From: a virus
IMG/VR virus record: IMGVR_UViG_3300031857_000053
Span: 43,267-107,266 of that record
DNA: 64,000 nucleotides
Strand: one strand, 5' to 3'
Shown here: in pieces, positions 10,664-22,600 of the stretch
How positions within the stretch are numbered: position 1 is the first letter of the stretch
Layout of the letters: every line of letters starts with the position of its first letter
The notes under the pieces: generated by a model
Told to the model about the DNA's origin: nothing
What the model saw: only the letters and a program-made list of their open reading frames with translations
Databases searched by the model: none
Made by a program: the position numbers and the translations under genes

Positions 10664-13600
10664 ATGATTTGTAATTTAGCTAATAATGAATCTTATAAAC
10701 CTTTCCGAAAATATATCTTTAAAAAGTTATCTCTAGCTCCAGAAGGTTTTACATTAGAATCTTTTACTAAAGATATCTATAGAAAAGTATATGATAATAC
10801 TACTGGTACTCCTGAAGATAAACATGCTAATGCTATTAATCATGTTGCAATAGGAACTATATTTTTAAATCGTATTCAAGCATTAGAACCTTCAGTTTAT
10901 GATACTATTAAAGATATAGATTTTAATAAATTTATAAAACTTGTAAATAATATTAGTAAATCAGAACCTGATTTTTCTTCATTAGAAGAAATGTTAGGTT
11001 TGAAAAATAATCCTGTTGAAGAACTTAAAGAACTTAATGCTGCAGCTGCTGAATCTAGAGATAACAGTACAGCGGGTATACAGATGACATTATTTGAAGG
11101 TAGCGATATTAAAGTTAACGAAGAAGATGAACCAGCTGATACCACAAATAATAATATGGTAACTGCTACTGAAGAATATCAAGGTAAAGATACTGTTCAA
11201 GCGGATCAAGATAGAGAAACTATAAATATAGATAATCCTAAATCTCCAGATTATTATAAAGCGAATCCTTTATATAGATTTTATTATAAAGTTAAAAGAG
11301 GTGTTTTAAAATTATTACAAAGACCAGGAACTAATTTTGATAGTTCTCAAATTACTATTCCTTATAATGGAAAGAAAGGTGTATACTTAACAGTAATGAG
11401 TTCTAGTAAATTAAGTAGAGATGATTTTAAAGAAGATCCTACAATAGGAGGTAGCAATGATAAAAAGTTTATTTACGATGCTGGTGAACCAGTGTTTGTT
11501 TTAACTGATGTAGATGGTATTCCAGTTAAGTTTAATGAAGAAGGTCAATTTGATGAAAATGGTAAATTATCTTATCATAAATTTAGAAATATTTATTCAA
11601 CTCAAGTAAAAGATGGTAAAGTTTCTTTATACAAAAGTGCTAATCTAAATGCTTTAGATGATGTAAAAAGAGTAGATCTTTTAAAACAAAAATTAATGAA
11701 GCTTAATCCAGGGCTTAGTGAAAAAAATGCTAAAGCTCAAGCTGAAAAAACAATACTTGATCAACTTCAAATTATATATGATATTAGACAAGCTCTTAAA
11801 GCTAATCCAAATTTAATAGTTAAGACTGTTATAAATGGTGGTTCAATGGGAGCTGTAAAAAAAGATATGAGTGTCAAAACACCTCTTGAGAATTTAACAA
11901 TAGGTAATAGAGATTTTACTATTTATGCTGTAAAAAGTGATAGCGAAAATTCTGGATACACTTATACTAACACTGATGCTACAGGTTCTTATGATGTTGA
12001 AATAACTCGTCCTGATATTAGTCAAGTTGAAGGATTAACAGATACAATTGTTTCTATATTATTTGATAAAGGTATAAGTAAAGATAAAGGAGTTTCAAAA
12101 GCTATTACTGCTGAAACTAGAAAAGAATTATTACAAAATTATATATTTACTAGAACTGAAGGTTTAGATATGTTTGTTAATGAAGATGGTGGGTATACTG
12201 TTAAAATAGGAGGACAAGAAATTTATAGATTAAAAAATAAAAATTATACTTCAGTTGAAGAAGCTGCTCTTCTTGAAAAAAGAAAAAGTGCTGAAAAATT
12301 AGTTCGAGAATATTTTACTACGCTTGCTCCTCAAGCTGAGATCTTAGAAAAAGATCTTAATGATGTTGACATGAAAAATATAATTGAAGGAACTATTGAT
12401 AAAGTTAGAGATCAATTTAAAAAAGGATATGTTTTTTATAATACAGAAAATAAAAAGTATTATAGAATAGGTTATCCTATACATCATATTAATGCTAAAT
12501 ATCAAAATGCTACTTATCCTGGTTTAACTCTTTCTAAAGAAGGAAACAATACAATATTTACAATTGATCGTAATGCTTCATATAATAACTATATAAAGAA
12601 AAATTTTACAATACCTTTTGAGTTAAATGAGAGTGGAGAGATTCCATCTCTTAATGCTTTTTATACTTATGAGTATGCTGAGGGTGAATTAAATAAAATA
12701 TATAAGCCAGCTGAATCTACATCAGCTCAACCATCTACTAGTGTTAAACCTGCTACTAGAAAAACATACTCTGGGAAAGTAACTAAGTTGACACTTAATC
12801 AAATATTTGTATTTGGAAGTAATCCTGAAGGAAGACATGGTGCTGGTGCTGCTAAAGATGCTAAAGATTTATTTGGTGCAAAGTATGGACAAGGAAGAGG
12901 GATGCAAGGTCAATCTTATGCACTTGTAACTAAGAATCTTAAAGCTGGATTTGTTGAACCTAGCACAGGTATAACATATAAAAAAGCAGGAGAAAAGAGT
13001 GTTTCAAAAGAACAAATAATTGAAAACATAAAAGAGCTATATTCAGTTGCTAAAGAAAATACAAATAAAGAATTTTTAATACCTGATTACTCTAAAAGCA
13101 ATCTTAATGGTTATACAGGTCAAGAAATGGCAGATATGTTTAGTGCTGCTGGACCTATACCAAATAATATTGTGTTTCATAAAAACTTTGATAAATTAAT
13201 TACTACTCAACCATCTACTAGTGTTAATCCATTAGTAGAAGCAGGAATTAAACCTTCTGATATGTTTGGTAATGCTGCTAAAGATATTCAGATGGCATCT
13301 GAATCTACTCAGTTTATTGGATTTGGTACAATAATGAAAGAAGGTAATGTATCTTCTACAGATAAATATGCTAAAGCTTGGGGTACTAAAGCTAATACAG
13401 GAGTGTATACAGCTGGTGATACTATAATGGTATCAGGAAGTGGTAACTTTGGTAGAGGAGGTGTTGATAAAACTGTTGAAGCACAAGCTATTAGAAAAAC
13501 ACTTAGTGAAAAATATAAACCTTTATTAGATAAGGCTATAGAAGCAGGTGCATCTTTTAGAATTGGTAATCAATATGCAAAAGGTAATTTGTCAGATCAA

Positions 13601-16600
13601 TTAGTTGCAGATTATTTACAAAAAAAGGGTTATACTGAAGAAAAACTTAATGGTTATTCTAGATGGGTATCTCCTACCAAAACTACTCAACCATCTACTA
13701 GTGTTAATAAAGGTGTAGAAATATCTTCTAATGCTAAAGGTTTAGCAGCGGCACTCACTAATCCTACAGAGTTAGCTAAATCAAAAGGTAATATTAAACA
13801 ATCTTATCCTATATATTTTCAATGGTTAGATAAAAATGGAGAAGTAAGAGATTCAAACTTTAAAGATGTTGAACAAGCTTATCAAAAATTAAAAGATAAT
13901 TCTGAAGCTAAAACAAAACCTACTAAAGAAAATAGTAATAATTATAAACTAATGGTAGATTTGATAAAAGCTAAATTAGAACAACATCCCAGATTAGTTT
14001 TAGAAATAACTAAACAAGGAGGTTCAGCTTGGATATTATCTTCTACACATCAACCAACTAAACAAAATACTGTTTGGGAAACAGGTGGACAAAACTGGTT
14101 TATTCAAGCTCTCAATGATGCTTATTTATCTACACAACCATCTACTAGTGTTTCTGTAGATACTAAAGCTGATATTACTTTACCTACTACACCTGATCAA
14201 CAAAATACTAATTCTATTGATCAAGCTCTTAATATTATTGATGATGCAATTAATAATTTTGATAAACTTAAAGCTTTAAAACTTATTGATCAAAAAGCTA
14301 CAGTAGAACAAATAGAAGCAGCTAAAAAGTGGTGGGAAAACCATCCTATGTCTAGTAAAATTCCGCTCTATGTTTTATTCAATGCTGTTAATACTAAAAA
14401 TCCAACATCAATTGCTAATTGGACATTAGATGGTATTACACTATATCAAGGTGCTGATTACTCTGATTTGTATCACGAAGCATGGCACGGGTTTACTCAG
14501 ATGTTTTTAACTAAAGAACAGAAAGAAAATCTTTATAAAGAAGTAGGAAAAAAATCTGGTGGTTTTACAGATTATAAAGGAAACTATACTTTATTTAAAG
14601 ATGCTAAACCAAAACAACTAGAAGAATATTTAGCTGAAGATTTTAGAAATTATATGTTATCTGGAGGTAAGAAGATTGCTGGTAAAGCTCCTGTTAGAAA
14701 TAAAATTTTTAAGTTTATTGCTGATATATTAGAATGGTTATTTGGAAATCTTACAAGAGAACAAATAGCTAATGGTACAGAAAGCTTAAGCACTATTCAT
14801 GACTTATATGAAAAACTTCGTGTAGGTAATCTTAGTGAGTATACTTTCTCTCAAAGCAATGCTCAATATGATAAGCTTAGTAAAGGAGAGATTTTAGCTA
14901 CAAGAAATACTGATAAACCTGTTGACGATATAGATACTAAAAACTATATCTTAAATATGGTTGATTCTTTTTTATCTCAATATGTTGATAGAGTTTCTGA
15001 AGGAAAAAGAAAAAAATATATTGCTAATGCTAGACTTCAAGCTGAAGCTAGAGGAGAAACTTTTGTAGAATCTACAGCAGAACTTTCATATAAATATACC
15101 GCAACATTATTAAAAACAGCAGAAGGTAGAAAGTTAGCTTATGGTTATGCTCAAGAAATGATTAAAGCTATTCATGATGGACTTGTATTATTACAACAAA
15201 ATGAAAGTAGTGAAATTATTCGTGCTAATAGAAAAAAAATAATTGATACTTTAAGTTGGACTTATAATAACTTTGGAGATATAAATAATCTTAAAAATAA
15301 TAAGATAGATAAGGAGGGTAGATTTCAAAATGTTATTGCGTTTCATACTGCTAAAAGTAGATTATTTACTAAACAAGAAAAAGAACTTTTCTTTAGTGAA
15401 GATGCGCTTAATGAAGAAGATTTATTTTTAATTGGAAGAGATGGTTTAGGAAGTGTAGGTGGTAATGAAAAATCATCTAAAGAATTAGCATCAGAAGATA
15501 TCCTTATTATGATGAATAGTTTACATGAGGTAGATGCTAAAGGTAATACTATATATGTAGAAGGAACTGAAGTTGAAATAGAAACTAAACAAGGTGTTAA
15601 GCTTAAGATAGGTGTACCTAAGCTTCAAGATTTTGATGTTACTTGGAATATTCTATCTAAGAAATTAGAAAATAATCAAGATGCTGAGAACATGTACGCG
15701 ATCTTAAGTGATCTTGCAAAGTCAAAACCTAATCTTCCATTTAAACAATTATTAAATAAACTTGGTCCAATAAAAACTGCGGGATCAGCAGAGTTTAGAT
15801 TATGGACTAATTTTTGGCAAACTTTTAATTTATCTAGAGTTGGTTTAGTATATACTAAAGTTAATATAACAACTAAAACAGAGAGTAAAGGTGAGGTTAA
15901 AGAATTAAATTTTGATAATTGGGAATTTACAGCTAGACCTACTAAAGCTACCACTAGTATAAATACAATTAAAAAAAATTGGGATTATGCTTTTAGAATG
16001 AAAGATAAAGGTGATTATATCGGTAAAGATTCTCTTGGACAAAATTATCTTTTATTAGATAAGATTTTAGAAGATTTTAAAGATAATATAAAAGGAAAAG
16101 AATTTGAGTTTTTTAAAGCAATAGGTATAGATTTTGATACAAATAATGAAGATATTCTTAAAGAAGTTTCTTCTAAAAATTCTTTAGATACAGCTAAAAG
16201 AATTTATAATATTATTAAAGCTTTATCTAATGCTAAATATAAAGAAGAACCTCTTATAGGAAAACCTAAATATACTATATATGCTCCATCTCAATTATTT
16301 AAAGAAATATATGAAATAGGTGAAGATAAACAATATGTTTGGAAAGATAAATTTGAAATAGATTCTCAAGGTAATAGACGTAAAGTAGGAACTGAAAAAA
16401 AATTTTTAGTAGATATAGGTTATAAAACATCAGGAGAAGGAACAAGATTTGATAACTTAGCTGAAATTCAAGCTGAGTATTCTGATAAATGGGGAACTAA
16501 TCAAGTTACAAATGCAGAAGGTAATACTCAATTTGATTTAACATTAAATAATTTTCTTACTGTTTTAAAGAATACACTTAATCAAGTACAAGATGTAAAA

Positions 16601-19600
16601 GATGCTAACGGCAAAGTTATTATACCTGCATATAAAGTTTTAATTAGTCTTCCATGGATGAGTAATTTAGATGTAGATAAAAATCCAGATGCTGAGTCTT
16701 CTATTTTATTAAATTCTTTATTTGATCTTAATAAAAATAGTACAAAATATGGTGAAAGAATAAAAGATGAAAAAACTAAATCTGGATATGTAGAAGTACA
16801 ATTAAAAAATCTTAGTGGAGTAGCATTTAATAAAGATGATGTTTATGATGAAAAGAAATCTACTTCTTTATTTAATTCAGATCCTTTAACAAAACTAGTA
16901 GCAGATTTTCATACTGGTTTGATGAATGGAAATTTTGAGTTAATGCGTCACTCAGATAAAGGAACATCTTTTAGTTTCTTTACTACTTCTTTAGATAAAA
17001 AGAATATTAATAATAGAAATAAATATTTATATGTTGATACTGCAGATTTTGTTACAAGTTTAGGAACAAAGAATGCTATTAATAAATATATTTTTCCAAC
17101 TTTAAATTCAGAATTTAAGCGAATAAAAAAGTTTAGAAATATTAAACAAGCAGTAGAAGATGCTAGAAAAGAAACTGATCCGGAAAAAAAGAAGGATATG
17201 TTTAAAGCAATTGGTAATACTGATTTTAATTATATAGAAAAAGGATCTTCTTTTGTAACATTTCAAGGTGTTTTATCTCCAGAAACTAAAGTAAAAATAC
17301 TTAAGCAACTAGATAAAAATAGTTTAACAGAATACTTAAATACTCCAGAAGGTTTTGAATTAAAAGTTGAAATTGGAAAAGATATTCAAAATTATTTTAA
17401 TAATCAAATTGAAGCTGTAAGTAAAAAGTTTCCTGTTAGAAGAAGTGGTGTTAAACTTATAAGTGGTGATATTATTAAAAAAATAAAAGATCATGTTACA
17501 GCTAATTATACTGAAGGATTAGGTCTTTCACAAACAGGAAAAGATATACTTAGAAATACTGATTTTAATAAAGTAGCTTTAAGATCTTTTGTAATTAATT
17601 CTTGGATACATAATACTGAAAGTATCAAATTAGTTTATGGAAACCTTGCTCAATATAATATGGCTAAGGAAGAATTTCATAAGAGAAATGCTGGTTCAAG
17701 TTCTACTGGTACACTTTATAGAACTGATAAAGCTGCAATGGATTATGTAAATAATATTCTTAATGGTGGTGATACATATGCTAAATCAATAGGACAAACT
17801 AATAGATATTATGATGGAACTCTTAATACAGCAATTGTACAAGATAGTGTTCAAAGATCTGTTTATATAGAAGATTATTCTAAAGACTTAATTGCTGAAC
17901 AATTAAAAAGAAATGGTGGAAATCAACGAGAAGCTGAGAAAAAAGTTTTTGGTTACGATGAAAAAAATAATAAAGTTGGTACTCTAGAAAAACCAATTAA
18001 GGGTGGATTAATTACAGCATATACTGATATGAAAGAAGGAGATGGTCAAGGTTGGGTAACTTTTGATTCATATAGAATGCTATTAAACTTAGAAGGTAAG
18101 TGGTCAGATTCACAAGAAAATTTATATCAAAAAATAGTAAAAGGTGAACAAGTTTCTAGTGCTGATATAGCTTTCTTTTTTCCTCCACAAAAGTTACAAT
18201 ACTGGGGACCTCTTGGTAACAGATTATCTGGTAAAGCTGCAATAGGACAAAAGATTAATTCTGATGTACAGCTTACAGCTATGCACAAGTTTTCTTTAGT
18301 ACCACTTATTCCTACTGTAATTAAAGATAAAAGAATTCAAAAGCTCCACGATAAGATGGTTCGAGAGCAAGTGGATTATGTAACATTTGAATCCGGATCA
18401 AAGATTAGTAATATTACAAGTGCTGAAAAGTTTGGAGAGAATGGCAAACAAACTTTTGATCTTTTTTACGCAGATAATAAGCGTAATATTAGTGAGGAAC
18501 CATTTACAATCAATCCTATTTATGTAAACTATTTAAAGAATCAGTTAGAGATAGCACCTAAGTTTAAAAAGAAAGTAACTTTTTCTACTCAGCTTAGAAA
18601 ACTTATTGAAGATGGTTTAGTAGAGAATGGTGTGCCAATTGATTTTGGAAGAAATTTATCTCGTGAAAAAAGAATTGAAGCTTGGGATGCTATTACAACA
18701 GAAGATGCTAAGATGGCCGCATCTCCTAAGTATAAGATCTATAAAACATATGAGAATAAATTAAAGAAACTTACCGAGCTTAAAAGAGATCAACTTTTAG
18801 AAGAGATGGGTTGGAAGATGGTGAATGGTAAACCAGTTGGTACAATAGAGAACTTAGTTAGATTTGTTAAAGCTGAATTAGAAAGACAAAATTTAGGAGA
18901 TCATGAAATAGATTTCTTAGATGTAGTTGATGGTGGTACAAAGCTTAAAACAGATGCTTCATTTTCTTTGTCTGCAGATAAGATTGAAAAGTTACTTAAT
19001 TCTATTGTAGTAAATAGATTGATCAAACAAAAAATTAATGGTGAAGCTTTAATCCAAGTATCTACTGCTGGTTATGAAAATAATGAAGCTTGGGATGCAG
19101 CAAGAGGTGCTACTGAAGAAGAGTTAGAAAAGTGGGGAACAGATGATCTTCCTACTTATAGAAAAGGAAAAGATGGAATTACTAAAGCAATGAAAGTGAA
19201 AGTTGCTTTACAAGGAAAGTTTTTATCTCTACTTAATCTTAATCATAATGATGGTCAAACTATAGCTGTTTATGATATTGTTAATGGTAAAAAAGTTCTT
19301 AATCTAGAATCATCTAGAACAAGACTTAATTCCATGATTAAAAATGAAGAGTGGTTAAATAAAGAAAATCATCGTAAGATGATTACTATGGTTGGTGTTC
19401 GTATTCCAGTACAAGGATTAAATTCTATGGAGTTTATGGAAGTATACGAATTCTTACCAGAGGAAGCAGGTAATATTATTATACCTCCAACAGAGATTGT
19501 AGCTAAATCAGGAGCTGACTTCGATATCGATAAGCTTACAGTGATGATGCCTAATATAAAAACCAAAATAAATAAAGCTAAAATTACTAATGCTTTATTA

Positions 19601-22600
19601 AGAGAACTTGGTGAAAAAAATCCAACTTTAGATTTTAGTAGAGATAATATTAATATGCTACTTGATTTTGAAAAAGGATCTGGTGGCGCATATACTCTTA
19701 CCGAAGAAGATTTAAATACACTTCGTATTCTAGAAGAAACTAGTGAAGTAAGTGTAGTTTATCCTACTGGAGATAATTCTATAGAAGGATTAGAGAATGA
19801 TCTTATTTGGAATATAAAAGATATTTTAGCATTGCCGGAAAACTTTGTTAATCTTATTACACCTAATAGTACTGATACAGTTCAACCAATTGCTACTAAA
19901 CTTGCACCTTTAGTTAAAGATTATGATCAGATGCAGAAAACAGCTGGTGATATTACTACTTTATCTAAAGAAGATCAAGCTTTATTAAATGAGAATCCTA
20001 ATGTGATGGAAGGAACTAGAGTATTGGAAATACTTTATAATATTTCTAAGCAACAGTATAATCAGATTGGTAAAGAGACTTTAGGTATTGGAGCTGTAGA
20101 TAATACTTTCAATATTCTATTGAATAGAATTGGAGCTTATATGAATGCTTATGCTACTGTAAAATCATTTAATGGTAAAAATAAAACTACAATTAGACAA
20201 ACATTAAAGTTTAAACATAATACTCTTAATATAAATGGTCAAGATGTTATTTCTTTATCGCATTTATACGATAATAATGATTTAAATAGAGTTTCAGATA
20301 TTATCTCTCAAATGATGAATGGTTGGGTGGACGTTGCAAAAGATGCTTGGATTTTTGATATTCAAGGTAACAAGGATCTTTCTCCTACACTTTTGTTTAT
20401 GATTCAAGCGGGTGTCTCAATAGAGAATGCTATTTATATGGTTTCTCAACCTATGGTAAGAGAATATATAAGATTAAAGAAGACCGCTCAAAGTAGTGTA
20501 TCAGATGTTATTACTGATGTTGATACTAAATATCCAGGTTTTGCAGCAAAGAAAATGATCATTGATAAATACTTTTCACAAGATGCAGATTTTGGTTCTC
20601 AAATTGCTGCAGCAAATGATATTATAAATGATGAAGTACGTGAAAAAAAATTAAATGCGATCTATGGTAATGTTAATGTCGCTAATACTAGTGCTGAAAT
20701 TATAAATAGAGTTTTTGGTGATAATGATATTGATACTAAAAAGATGGAAGAGAATATTCAAAAATATTCTGCTGCTGAAAAAAATGGAGAAGATACTAAT
20801 AAATTATTGTTTAATGATGAATATCAAAAAGCTATATTTTTACATTTCTTACAGATAGAACAGATGGGATCTGCTCTTACTAATGTTAAAAAGAATATGA
20901 ATTTTGACACTAAAAAAGATGCTAGTATCTATGAGGCACAAAATAGAATGGTTATGATTGATGCTCTTTCAAAAGAAGATCGATTCCCATCAAAGATGAT
21001 AGATAAACTTATTACAGATTCTCCTATATCAAGTTTCTATATACAAGAATTTCAAACACAGATTTGGGAAAAATTATTACCACTTCGAACTAATGAAGTA
21101 TTTAATAAATGGTTAAGTGGTAAGATGGGTGATCAAGACTTTAAAAATTATGTTGAAGAGAATTTTGGAGAAAATATGATGGAAAAAGCTATTCTTTCTT
21201 TGAGAAATAATCTTGTACCATATATATTTCAAAATGAACTTAAACAATTTGATTTAAGAACTTTAGATGGATATAAAGGAAACATAGTTGAAATAAGTGA
21301 AAAAGGAGAAACAGAACAAGAAAATCTTACTAAAAAACAACAAAAAGAAGGAGTTAGTGTTCTAAGTATTGGAGCTTTCTTTAAAGATGGAAAAATGTTT
21401 ATTGATAAAAAAAGTTTAGATAATCAATATAACAATGCTTCTTATTTAGGTAATGAAAATAGCACTTATAAAGAATTAGGATTAGCACCAGTTAGTGTTG
21501 GAACTTTTAGTTCTTTAAGCGAATATCATCACTTTGTAGTAGAGAGAGAATATCTTAGAAATCTATATAAGAATACAGATAATGTTAAAGATAATATAGA
21601 ATACAAAGAAGCTCTTAATGATGCTTTTGAAAAAAATCCAAAAGGAGAAGAAAGTGAAGATGCGTATAAAAAAAGAATAAGTAAAATTGCTTTTGAAAGT
21701 TTCTTAAGAGATAAAGCTTTAGATAATATATTTAATAATACAAAATTATTTACAGGGAATAAAACAGCTGCAGATAAATTAGGTTATATAAAATCTCAGT
21801 ATAAAGATCTTTTACAAACATATCCTGTATTACAAGTTCTTAATCCTTTATCTACAATATCTGCCGGTAAACTTTATTCTAATATACAATTACAAGATAA
21901 CTTAGATGATTCAGAAAAAGTTAATTCTTATTATAAAAATATTAGAGATCTAGCAGATCCTACCGTGGTAAAAGTTCCTGGAGATCCTGAAGCTAATAAA
22001 TATATAAGTGATTTCTTTACTAGTTTACCTATTATTGGAACATTACAATCAGGTTCTAATACTAAAACTAGATCTTCTTTTACTAGATTAATGCCTTATG
22101 ATTTATATCTAAGATTAATTGAAAAACCTGCTCAAAAATATGTTGAAAATATGAGTGATCTTTTATTAGATGTTTATTATTATAAGTGGTCTCAGCAAAA
22201 TTCAATCTTAAATAAAAATAAAAATAAGTTTGAAGATTATTATATTACTGAAATTACTTTAGATCGTCTTTTAAAAAGTTCTAGAAAAAATCTTGATAAA
22301 GTAGAAATAGAAAAACAAATTAGAGGTTTACAAGATAAAAATCAAAGATTTGGATTAAGAGAAACTGAAGATATTTTTTATAAACAACCTAGTGGAGCAA
22401 GTATACTTGATACATATAAACTACTTAAAAGAGATGATAAAGAAACTGATGAAAGCTATAATCCTAGAAAAGTTAAATATATGCGCGAGTTATTAGAAGC
22501 TAATCCTGATAAGATTTTTGTTTATAATAATGAGAAAGGTCTTGATAGATCTATACCTAAACAGGGAACATCAGATAGGTTATTTAGAAATCAAGGGCAA

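Noticed and set aside
12728-14152. CRISPR array interpretation of the 18-bp repeats
   Set aside because: The spacers are 430-460 bp, in-frame and protein-coding, and no cas genes are present.
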